The notes beneath the pieces are model-generated. The model had not been told where the DNA came from. It made no database searches and worked only from the letters and a program-made list of their open reading frames with translations. This document shows positions 37,555 through 46,515 of a stretch of DNA of 64,000 nt, one piece after another. The stretch is from Myxococcales bacterium (lineage in GTDB: Bacteria; Myxococcota_A; UBA9042), in assembly GCA_037441385.1 (NCBI GenBank), contig JBBISH010000015.1:1-64000 (forward strand), read 5' to 3'. Positions within the stretch are counted from its first letter, which is position 1. Every line of letters starts with the position of its first letter. The translations under genes and the position numbers were made by a program.

Positions 37555-38838
37555 ATGGAAGCCGCCGGCCACGTTGAATTGCACCCCTCGCAGGCCTGCG
37601 CAGTGGCCGTCAAGGTGGTGGAGCGACTGCGCGACGCTGGGTTTTCTGCGTACTTGGTGGGCGGGTGCGTGCGCGATCTGGTGCTGGGTCTAGAGCCCAA
37701 GGACTACGACGTGGCGACCGCGGCGCGGCCACGGCAGGTGCGGCGGCTGTTCAGCCAAGTCATCGAAGTCGGCATCGCTTTTGGGGTTGTGCGCGTGCGC
37801 CTGGCGGACGAGCTGGGCACCATGCACGAAGTCGAGGTGGCGACGTTTCGCGCCGACGGCGAGTACTTGGATGGTCGCCGCCCCGAGTCGGTGCGCTTTA
37901 CCGACGCCGAACAGGACGTGTTGCGCCGCGACTTCACCATCAACGGGCTGCTCCTGGACCCGCTGCGCGGAAGCTCGACCGGGCTGGTGGTCGATTGGGT
38001 CGGCGGCATGGAGGACCTGCGCTTGGGTCGTCTGCGGGCGATCGGCGACGCCCGCCAGCGGTTTGGCGAGGATGCGCTGCGGCTGCTGCGCGCACCCCGC
38101 TTTGCTGCGCGCTTTGGCTTGCGCATCGAAGAGGCGACCCGGCAGGCCATCGTGGAACTGGCGCCGACGCTGAGGCGGGTGGCGGCCGAGCGCATCACCA
38201 CCGAGATGGGGCTCATGCTGACGGCGCCGTCGGCGCGCTTGGCGGTGGAATTGCTGCAGCATCTGGGGCTGGCTGCGGCCCTGTGGCCGACCTTGGACGC
38301 CGCACCCCATCACTGGCCGCGGGCGGCCGAGCGCGCCGAACGGCTGCGCGCCCAGGGCCGCGTGGATCTGGCGCTGGCGCTGGCCAATTTGGCCTATGGC
38401 GTAGAGGGTTGGCTTGAGTCGAGCGAGTGCGAAGCGACGCTGCGGCTGTCCAAGGCCGAGCGGAACATGGCGCTGGCGATTCACGCCGCGGTGCAGTGGG
38501 TCGAGCCGCTGGGGCCGCCGCGGCCCGGTCCGTGGCGGGCGGCTGAAGCGCGCTGGCTGCGGCGCACCGAAGCGGACCCCGCGCTGCGCCTGTGTATGGC
38601 CGCCGAACCGGACGGGCCCCACGCCGCGTGGCGTGACCAGTTGGCGGCGGCAAAGCGGCGCTGGCTGTGGCCCGCAGACCCGGTGACCGGCAGCGAGCTG
38701 CAAGTCCGCGGGCATGGCCCGGGGCCGCACTTCAAGATTGCGCTGGCGGCGGCCGAGGCCGTGCAGCTGGAAGGGGGCGACCACGCCCAGGCGCTGGACG
38801 CGGCCGAGCTAGCGCTTGCGCGCCAAGGTCAGGCTTGA
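37555..38838 (+). CDS. cca: Class II tRNA nucleotidyltransferase (CCA-adding enzyme / poly(A) polymerase family)
   Basis: YLVGGCVRDLVLG..PKDYDVAT, EVATFR, RRDFTINGL, EDALRLLRA, ERITTE. Confidence 0.88.
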   Translation: MEAAGHVELHPSQACAVAVKVVERLRDAGFSAYLVGGCVRDLVLGLEPKDYDVATAARPRQVRRLFSQVIEVGIAFGVVRVRLADELGTMHEVEVATFRADGEYLDGRRPESVRFTDAEQDVLRRDFTINGLLLDPLRGSSTGLVVDWVGGMEDLRLGRLRAIGDARQRFGEDALRLLRAPRFAARFGLRIEEATRQAIVELAPTLRRVAAERITTEMGLMLTAPSARLAVELLQHLGLAAALWPTLDAAPHHWPRAAERAERLRAQGRVDLALALANLAYGVEGWLESSECEATLRLSKAERNMALAIHAAVQWVEPLGPPRPGPWRAAEARWLRRTEADPALRLCMAAEPDGPHAAWRDQLAAAKRRWLWPADPVTGSELQVRGHGPGPHFKIALAAAEAVQLEGGDHAQALDAAELALARQGQA

Positions 38839-38982
38839 GATCGCCTTGCGCTGAGCTGGCTTGCGGGCTCCGTCTGCCACCGGACATTGACTGCACTTGG
38901 GGGTAGGCGACCACAACCGGCGCGCCAGCACGACCGCGGCCACAGCCACCACGGCCAACGCGGCGACGGCGTCCCAGGTCAT
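38809..38982 (-). CDS. FeoB-associated small Cys-containing membrane protein
   Basis: ATGA overlap with feoB stop; TM helix followed by CSQC. Confidence 0.7.
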   Translation of the reverse strand: MTWDAVAALAVVAVAAVVLARRLWSPTPKCSQCPVADGARKPAQRKAISSLTLARKR

Positions 38983-41162
38983 GCGTACCCCAGCAACTTG
39001 CCGATTTGATAGACGCCCATGCTGGCTAGCCACGCGGCTGCGTTGAGGTAGCCCAGGGCAAACAAGGCCCAGCGCCAGCTGCCGGACTCGCGCGCGATCG
39101 TGGCGAGCGTGTTCAAGCACTGCATGGCGATCGCGAAAAAGACCATCAGGGACAAGCCCGACAGCGGGGTCAGCGCCCCGGCGCCGGCCATCGAGCGGCC
39201 CACGTCGGCGGCGAAACGGTCGTCGACGTCGGCCTGCGTGCCCTTGCCGTAGACCTGAGCCATGACCGGCACCAGCACCTCGCGAGCCGCAAACGACCCG
39301 ACCAGACCGATGCCGATACGCCAGTCAAAGCCCAAGGGCTGGATGACCGGCTCGATCCAATGGCCGATGCGGCCGGCGGCGCTTTGCTGCAGGTGGATCT
39401 GCGCGTCGCGGGCTTCGATCGCGGCCAGCGCCGCTTGCTGAGCATCGCCTTGCAAGTGCTGCGCGGCGACCTGAGCCTCTAGGCGGGCGCGCTCGTCCTG
39501 GTCCAAGCCGTGGCGCGGGAAGGTCATCAAACCCCACAACACAACAGACAAAAGTACGATGGTGGTGCCGGTCGTGATCACAAAATCGCGGCCGCGATCC
39601 CAAAGCACACGAGCGATGTTCGACGGTCGCGGCAGGCGGTAGGGCGGCATCTCGAGCAGCAACGGCGCGCCCGCACCCGGTACCAGCGTGCGCCGGAAGA
39701 TCGCCGCCGCCAGCAAAGCCAGGACGAAACCCAGAACATACATGCCCGTCACGATGAGGCCGCCCAGCGACAGCACGCCAAGGACCGGCGCCGTGCCGGC
39801 AAAAACCGCAGCGGTAACCAGGGTATACACCGGCAGGCGCGCCGAGCACGACATCAGCGGCGCAATGAGGATCGTGAGCAGGCGATCGCGCGGGTCGCTC
39901 ATGGTGCGGGTGGCCAGGATGCCGGGCACCGCGCAGGCGTGGCTGGAGAGCAGAGGCACAAAAGCCTTGCCGGGAAGCCCGACCCGCGCCATCAGGCGGT
40001 CGGCCAAGAACGCGGCCCGCGCCAGGTAGCCGCTGTCTTCGAGCAAGGCGATCCCAAGGAAAAGAATCAGAATCTGCGGCAAGAACACCAACGTGCCGCC
40101 GATACCCACCAGCACCCCGTCGATCAGGACCGCACGCAGCAGGTTGTCGGGCAGGTAGGCGCGCGCGGCCGTCGCCAGCGTGTCCATCAGGGCCGCCACC
40201 CCGTCGGCCAGCGGCTGGGCCCAGGCAAAAACCGCCTGAAACAGCGCGGCCATGGCCAGTACGAACAGCCCACCGCCGATCAGCGGGTGCAGCAGCACGT
40301 CGTCGATGCGATCCGAGAGGCTGCGCTGGGCCGCGTCGTTGCGCGCGACCCGAGCCGCGACGATCGCGTCGATGCGCTGGTAGCGCTCGTGAACCACGCG
40401 CCGGCGCACGTCGACATCCGGCTGCGAGTGGCGCGGGACCGCCTGGCAAAGCGCTTGGCCCAGCCCGGGTTGCAGACGGTCGACCAAGGTTGCCTCGGCG
40501 CACAGCCACCACAGCACGGCCCCGCTCGCCAGCGACTGCAAACGCGGATCACAGGCGCGGGCGCGGGCGACGGCTTCCATCACCTCGCTGCTCCAAGCCG
40601 TCTCGGCGACCGCCCCGCGCTCGGGGTAGTCCGCGACTTGGCGCACCGCCGTTTCTAGCTGCGGCAGGCCCTGGCCGTTGCGCGCCACCAGCGGCACACA
40701 CGGGCAGCCCAAGTCCGCCTGCAGCCCAGGCAAATCCAGGGTCAGCCCGGCGGCCGCCGCGGCATCCATCATGTTCAGCGCCGCCACCACCGGCAGGCCA
40801 AGCTCGGCCACTTGCAGCAAAAGCAGCAGGTTTCTAGCCAAGTTGCTGGCGTCGAGCACGACCACCACCACCTGCGGGGCCTCGCCGAACTGCCCAGTCA
40901 GGGCCTGATGCGCAATCTCTTCTTCGGGGCTGTGGGCGGTCAGGCTGTAGGCGCCGGGAAGGTCGTGGACGCGCCACAACTGGCCGTCGGCACAGCGGTG
41001 CTCGCCGGACCGCTGCTCTACGGTCACACCCGGATAGTTGCCGACGTGGGCGCGCCGACCAGTCAACTGGTTGAAAAGGGTAGTCTTCCCTGTGTTGGGG
41101 TTACCGCAGAGGGCCACGCGCAGGGCCAAGGTCGCAGTCTGTTCCGAGGGGGTGGCTGCCAT
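38979..41162 (-). CDS. feoB: Ferrous iron transporter B
   Basis: GNPNTGKTT, NYPGVTVE, DLPG.YSL, NMMD, LEDSGYLARAAF, MSCSARLP, FAAREV. Confidence 0.95.
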   Translation of the reverse strand: MAATPSEQTATLALRVALCGNPNTGKTTLFNQLTGRRAHVGNYPGVTVEQRSGEHRCADGQLWRVHDLPGAYSLTAHSPEEEIAHQALTGQFGEAPQVVVVVLDASNLARNLLLLLQVAELGLPVVAALNMMDAAAAAGLTLDLPGLQADLGCPCVPLVARNGQGLPQLETAVRQVADYPERGAVAETAWSSEVMEAVARARACDPRLQSLASGAVLWWLCAEATLVDRLQPGLGQALCQAVPRHSQPDVDVRRRVVHERYQRIDAIVAARVARNDAAQRSLSDRIDDVLLHPLIGGGLFVLAMAALFQAVFAWAQPLADGVAALMDTLATAARAYLPDNLLRAVLIDGVLVGIGGTLVFLPQILILFLGIALLEDSGYLARAAFLADRLMARVGLPGKAFVPLLSSHACAVPGILATRTMSDPRDRLLTILIAPLMSCSARLPVYTLVTAAVFAGTAPVLGVLSLGGLIVTGMYVLGFVLALLAAAIFRRTLVPGAGAPLLLEMPPYRLPRPSNIARVLWDRGRDFVITTGTTIVLLSVVLWGLMTFPRHGLDQDERARLEAQVAAQHLQGDAQQAALAAIEARDAQIHLQQSAAGRIGHWIEPVIQPLGFDWRIGIGLVGSFAAREVLVPVMAQVYGKGTQADVDDRFAADVGRSMAGAGALTPLSGLSLMVFFAIAMQCLNTLATIARESGSWRWALFALGYLNAAAWLASMGVYQIGKLLGYA

Positions 41163-41166
41163 CGAC

Positions 41167-41472
41167 CTACGCCGCAGCGCCCTGGGCGGCGGTGCCCGGT
41201 CCCAGGTCGACCTGCACAGTTCCGGCCTGATCGCGGCGCAGCGACAAGGCAAAATCGCGAATGCGCACCTGGACGGGCCCGCCCAGGACCCCGCGGCGCA
41301 GCACTTCGACCGGAGCGCCTGGAGTCATGCCCAGCTCGACCAGGCGGTCGCCCAGTTCGTCCATCAGCGCCACGCAGAGCACGCGGGCGCGGGTGCCGAC
41401 CGGAAGATCAGCAAGCGAAATCGGCTGGTTTGCGGTGCGGGTCCGAGCTTCGGGCAGGGTCATCGGGCTCAT
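41167..41472 (-). CDS. feoA: Ferrous iron transport protein A (start uncertain)
   Basis: RLVELGMTPGAPVEVLRRGVLGGPVQVRIRDFALSLRRDQA; directly upstream of feoB. Confidence 0.9.
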   Translation of the reverse strand: MSPMTLPEARTRTANQPISLADLPVGTRARVLCVALMDELGDRLVELGMTPGAPVEVLRRGVLGGPVQVRIRDFALSLRRDQAGTVQVDLGPGTAAQGAAA

Positions 41473-41515
41473 GTCCACCAAGCGGGCGGCGCGCTACGTG
41501 CGCCCACGGGAAACA

Positions 41516-41530
41516 TGATAACGATTTTCA
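41516..41530. promoter_or_regulatory. Fur box upstream of feoA
   Basis: TGATAAC-G-ATTTTCA matches the 7-1-7 Fur consensus TGATAATnATTATCA with two mismatches, in an AT-rich patch ~45 bp upstream of feoA. Confidence 0.75.
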
Positions 41531-41584
41531 ATTTCACCGACAAGAGCAATCGACGACAGGGCACGCGCTCCCGTCACGCCCAAG

Positions 41585-42619
41585 TCACGCCGGTCCGTTC
41601 GCCGGCGCGGCCTCGGGCTCGGCGGACGGAGCCGCGGCGGCCGTTTCGGCAATCGAAGCCGGTTCGCTCGCAGCGGCGACGGCATCGACTAGGTCCAGTA
41701 CTTCGGCGATCTGCGGCGCGGCGCTGGCGGCGGCAGCGGCCTCGCGATCGGCCTGGGTCGGCGCTTCGACGGGTTCTTCGGCATCGGGCATCTCGGCCAG
41801 CGCGGCCTGATCTTGGGCAACGCCCGCGCGATTGGGCACGTACTCGGGGCGCTCGCGGCCGTGTTTGATGCGGTACAGCTCGTCCTCGGCCAGATCGAGG
41901 GCGCCCATCGTGACGATGTAGGCCTGACGAGTGCGCTCGCTCTTGCGCTCCAGGACCCGCAGCGCCAGCTCGCGCTCGAAGATCATCTTGCGGAAGGTCT
42001 CGCGCTCGGCCTTGAGTTTGTCGATGAATTCCTTCTGCTTGTCGTCTTGGCGGGCGGCGCGCGCGGCCTCGCGCTCAGTCTTGGCCGCTTCGGCTTCGGC
42101 CAGGCGGGCGGCGCGCTCGGCTTCCAGCTCGGCGCGACGCAGCAACGTGGCCTCGTCGACCACGCGCTCGGGCTTGGGCTCGGCGGGCGGCGGCGCGGCT
42201 TCGACCACTGGCTTTTCGACCACCGGCGCCGGCTTCTTGTGCGAACGCTCGGCCAGGGCGTGCGACAGCTCTTCGGCCCGCGCTTCGGCCTTGCGGAGCT
42301 TGGCTTGAAGATCGTGGCTCTCGGTCTCGGCCTTCTTCAGGGCCGCTTGCAGGCGCTTGACTTCCTCTTTGGCGGCGGCGGCTTGGGCCTTGAACTCCTT
42401 GGCACCCTTGTCTTCTTTGCCCGCGGCCTCGCGGCTTTGGTCAAAGCGCTTCTTGAAGCCATCGGCACGCTCGGCTTGGGCACGCGAGTCGGCCTCCGCC
42501 TTGTCGGCCTTGTCGGTCAGCGACTTGATTTGATCTTGTAGTTTCGAGCTTTGCAGCCACAGCCAGATGGCCAAAGCGGCACAGGCTGCCGCCAGCAGGG
42601 CCAGCACCATAATGTTCAT
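41585..42619 (-). CDS. Membrane-anchored coiled-coil protein of unknown function
   Basis: GGAG RBS, N-terminal TM (MNIMVLALLAAACAALAIWLWL), long K/E/A-rich helical region. Confidence 0.8.
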   Translation of the reverse strand: MNIMVLALLAAACAALAIWLWLQSSKLQDQIKSLTDKADKAEADSRAQAERADGFKKRFDQSREAAGKEDKGAKEFKAQAAAAKEEVKRLQAALKKAETESHDLQAKLRKAEARAEELSHALAERSHKKPAPVVEKPVVEAAPPPAEPKPERVVDEATLLRRAELEAERAARLAEAEAAKTEREAARAARQDDKQKEFIDKLKAERETFRKMIFERELALRVLERKSERTRQAYIVTMGALDLAEDELYRIKHGRERPEYVPNRAGVAQDQAALAEMPDAEEPVEAPTQADREAAAAASAAPQIAEVLDLVDAVAAASEPASIAETAAAAPSAEPEAAPANGPA

Positions 42620-42793
42620 GTCGGACTCCAAACGTGGGCACGCGCGCAATCCCGCGGGCATGGCAGGCGGCGGCGGCTCTTTCGTGTACCACGACAGGGC
42701 TATGGCCGACAAGGAATTGCGACGGCGGCCAAGGTGCGCGACACTTGCCGCAGCCGGATGCAGGGGGCTAGCGTGGACAAAGGTCAAGTCAGC

Positions 42794-43243
42794 ATGACGC
42801 TGCAAGAGTGGCTGCAGCAAGTGGAATCCGCCCTAGTGCAGGATCGGCAGCGCATGACCAAGCAACGGCGGCTGGTGGCCGAGACGTTGTGGCAGCATCG
42901 GCACTTCAACGTGGAAGAGTTGCACCGGCAAGTGCGCGAGCGCGACGACGCCATTGGCTACGCCACCACCTACCGCACGGTCAAACTGCTGGAGCGCGCG
43001 GGCTTGGTCCACGCCGGGCAATTCGGCGACGGCACCGCCCGTTTTGAGGTAGTGGTGGGCGACAGCGACCATCACGACCACCTGATCTGCACGCGCTGTG
43101 GCGCCATCGTCGAATTCGAACTGGACGCGATCGAGCAACTGCAAAAACAAGTTGCCGAATTGCACGGCTATGCCCTGACCGCCCATCGGCTGGACATGTT
43201 TGGCCTGTGCCCCAGCTGTCAGAAGTCCGGCAAACGCGCATAA
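42794..43243 (+). CDS. fur: Fur-family transcriptional regulator
   Basis: RMTKQRR, HFNVEEL, IGYATTYRTVKLL, HHDHLICTRCG, GLCPSC. Confidence 0.92.
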   Translation: MTLQEWLQQVESALVQDRQRMTKQRRLVAETLWQHRHFNVEELHRQVRERDDAIGYATTYRTVKLLERAGLVHAGQFGDGTARFEVVVGDSDHHDHLICTRCGAIVEFELDAIEQLQKQVAELHGYALTAHRLDMFGLCPSCQKSGKRA

Positions 43244-43261
43244 AGACAAAGGAAATCAGAC

Positions 43262-44959
43262 ATGAACGGCATCTTGGTCGAGTGCGTGCCCAATTTCAGC
43301 GAAGGGCGCGACAGGGGCGTGATCGACCAGATCACCCACGAAATCGAGCAGGTCGAGGGCGTGCTGCTCTTGGACGTGGACCCGGGCAAAGCGACCAATC
43401 GCACCGTGGTGACGATGGTGGGGCCGCCCGAGGCAATCCTGGAGGCGGCGGTGCGGTCGGCCAAGAAAGCCTGCGATCTCATCGATATGCGCAACCACCA
43501 CGGCGAACACCCACGGTTTGGCGCGCTGGATGTGTGCCCGCTGGTGCCCGTCAGCGGCCTTTCGCTGGCTGAGGCGGCCGAGTGGGCGCACAAGCTGGCC
43601 CAGCGGCTGGCCAGCGAAGTGGGCATGACGATCTACTGCTACGAGGCAGCCGCCACCACGCCGCGCCGCAAGAACCTGGCCGAGGTCCGCGCGGGCGAAT
43701 ACGAGGGCCTGCCGGCCAAGCTCGCCCGACCCGAGGGGCAACCCGACTATGGGCCTGCGCAATTCAACGCGAAATGCGGCGCCACTGCCGTGGGCGCGCG
43801 CGACTTCTTGGTGGCTTACAACGTCAACTTGAACACGACCTCGACGCGACGCGCCAACGCGATCGCCTTTGATGTGCGCGAAAAGGGACGGGAACTGCGC
43901 GAGGGCGGCAGTCTGACCGGCAAGATTCTGCGCGATGGCAACGGCGAGCCGTTGTGGCAGCCGGGCACGCTGAAGGCCACCAAGGCGATCGGCTGGTTCA
44001 TCGACGAGTATGGCATCGCGCAAGTTTCGATGAACCTTACGGATATCTCGGTCACGCCAATGCACGTGGCTTTTGACGAGGTGTGCGCCAAGGCGGCCGA
44101 GCGCGGCGTGCGCGTGACCGGTTCCGAGCTGGTGGGCGTGGTGCCGCTGCGGGCGATGCTGGACGCCGGCCGCTACTTCTTGGAAAAGCAGCAGCGCTCG
44201 GTGGGGGTCTCGGACGACGAACTGGTCAAGATCGCGGTGCGCTCGCTGGGTCTGGCCGATCTGACCCCGTTCGATCCCAGCGAGAAGATCATCGAGTACG
44301 CCATCGCCAAGCGACAGAAGGCCCAGCGTTCCCTACAGAATTTGACCGTGCGCGCCTTTGTGGAAGAGACGGCGTCCGAGTCGGCGGCGCCGGGCGGCGG
44401 TTCGGTGGCGGCACTGCTGGGGGCCCTGGCGGCCGCGCTGGGTACGATGGTGGCGAACCTCGCCTCGCACAAGCGCGGCTGGGACGATCGGTGGCGCGCG
44501 TTTTCGGACCAGGCGGCCGTGGGCAAAGCGCTGCACATGCGCCTGGGTCAGCTAATCGACGAAGACACGCGCGCCTTTGACGCGATCATGGCGGCCTTGG
44601 GCATGCCGCGGGCCAGCGACGACGACAAACAGCGGCGTACCCAGGCGTTGCGCGATGCCACCCTGAACGCGATCGCCGTGCCGCTGCAGACCATGCGCGT
44701 CGCGGCACAGACCTACGATCTGCTGGAAGCCATGGCGAAAACGGGTAATCCGGCGTCGATCTCGGACGTGGGCGTGGGCGTGCTGTGCGCAACGGCGGCG
44801 GTGCGCGGCGCCCACCTGAACGTGCGCATCAACGCGGGCGGGCTGAAGGATCCGGGCGAGGCGGCAGCGATGCTCGACGAAGCCAACCAGATCGCGCAGC
44901 GGGCCGCCGCGAGTGAGCAAGCCATCTTGGAGCTGGTCGAGAAGCACCTGAACGCGTGA
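43262..44959 (+). CDS. ftcD: Bifunctional glutamate formiminotransferase / formiminotetrahydrofolate cyclodeaminase
   Basis: VECVPNFSEGRD, TNRTVVT, HPRFGALDVCP, AQVSMNL, GSELVG; C-terminal APGGGSVAA and GNPASISD. Confidence 0.93.
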   Translation: MNGILVECVPNFSEGRDRGVIDQITHEIEQVEGVLLLDVDPGKATNRTVVTMVGPPEAILEAAVRSAKKACDLIDMRNHHGEHPRFGALDVCPLVPVSGLSLAEAAEWAHKLAQRLASEVGMTIYCYEAAATTPRRKNLAEVRAGEYEGLPAKLARPEGQPDYGPAQFNAKCGATAVGARDFLVAYNVNLNTTSTRRANAIAFDVREKGRELREGGSLTGKILRDGNGEPLWQPGTLKATKAIGWFIDEYGIAQVSMNLTDISVTPMHVAFDEVCAKAAERGVRVTGSELVGVVPLRAMLDAGRYFLEKQQRSVGVSDDELVKIAVRSLGLADLTPFDPSEKIIEYAIAKRQKAQRSLQNLTVRAFVEETASESAAPGGGSVAALLGALAAALGTMVANLASHKRGWDDRWRAFSDQAAVGKALHMRLGQLIDEDTRAFDAIMAALGMPRASDDDKQRRTQALRDATLNAIAVPLQTMRVAAQTYDLLEAMAKTGNPASISDVGVGVLCATAAVRGAHLNVRINAGGLKDPGEAAAMLDEANQIAQRAAASEQAILELVEKHLNA

Positions 44960-44977
44960 ATCACCGCGGGGTTTTGA

Positions 44978-46367
44978 TCAGTCCAGGCCCAGGGCCTCGG
45001 CATCCAGCCGGCGCGCCACTTCGCCATCGATGCGGTCGACGCGGTCGTGGCGGTGCTCGGGGGATTGCGGCGCCAGGTTGACCAGCTCGGGCCAAGCGGC
45101 GGCAAACCAAAGAGTCAAGCGCGGCACGGACTCGGCGACGCGCACGGCCACGGCGGCCATCGCGCGGAAATCGCCCGCGAACTCTTCTAGATGCGCGGCC
45201 ATCACATGGTCTACCGCGACCCGCGGCAGCTCGGCCCCCACGGCCGCGTGCAGCAGCGGCCCCAGACCACCGGCGGGAAGATCGTCCAGCGCCAACTGCC
45301 AGGCCTGCCCCGGCCACCAGCCCCGCGACCACGCGTCGGCCGCATCGCGGCAACGGTTGAACCAATCACTGACCATCCGCCCCAGACGATGGGCATCGCG
45401 AATGCGGTGGCCTTCGGCCCCGCGCAGCAATTCGGCCGCGAGGTCGTGCCAAAAATTAGCCAGATCGGTAAGTTGTGGCTGATCCTGTGGCCACTGGCGC
45501 GCCAATTCTTCCACTTCGGTCAGCGTGTGCGCGCGGCGCAGGTGCACCCGATCTTCGGCCGGATCAGGCAGATCCTCGGGCAGGATGAGGCTCCAAGTGC
45601 CCGAGACCTCGATGGCGAACTTGGTCGCCAGCGGCCCGGTTGGCACGCCTTCGAGCAACCCTGGGCCCGCCTCGACCTGAGCGGCCAGCGGGCGGAACTG
45701 CGTGGAGTCGGGCTGCCATTGGAACGCGAAACGCTTGAGTTCGCCGCTGGGCAGGCGGCTCACCCACGGCAGGCGGAACGCCTCGACCATCGCGCGTGGC
45801 ACCCGCACTGGCGCCGGCGCAAATTGGGCGTGCAAAAGCGGCCGCTCGCGGACCAGCGACCGCACGGTGGCCATGTGGTCGTGCAACTCCAGGCGGCCAA
45901 TTTGCCGGTCGCCGGTCCACAGCAACCCGCCCACGGCCGACACGATGTGATCGACGTGCTGCCGCAGTGTGATCGCCAGGGGCTGGTCGTGCAGCTGCCC
46001 CGGACGGGGCCGCGGACCCAAGCTGCGCCGCACCCAGGGCACGCCCACGCTGCACTCGTCCCAGCGCAGATCGCCCGTGTCGCGGCGTTCTACCGCTACG
46101 TGGACATCGCTGTACCGCCCAAGAATCAAGACGATCGGGTGGATGCCTGGTTCGCACAGCCGCTGCGGCGCCAGCTCTAGGCCCGGCGGCAGCAACCCTT
46201 CGACCACCGCTGCCGACATCTCGACTGCGAGCAACTGCGCGCGCAAATGCCCGTGCACAAGCGGCACGGCGGCGCGCGGGCCAGTCCACAAGGTTGCCAA
46301 ACCGTCGAGCGCGTGCGGTAACGCCATGTTCACCTGCCGGGCATGCACGAGTCGCCATGCATGCATG
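44978..46367 (-). CDS. Hypothetical protein: acetoacetate-decarboxylase-like N-domain plus helical C-domain (start uncertain)
   Basis: LLPPGLELAP...HPIVLILG...WDECSVGVPWV resembles ADC-fold proteins. The ORF fills the gap between ftcD and gltB. Confidence 0.5.
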
Positions 46368-46515
46368 AATCGTCGAGTTTGCCGCAGTCGCAGAGAGGAG
46401 GCCCAAGTCCCACTGGTAGATACACGCGCTTCAAAGCGAGCGCAAGCGACTTTGCACACGGCACATCCGAGCTGAACACGCGACGAAATGGGCGGCACGC
46501 GCTACACTGCTGCGC

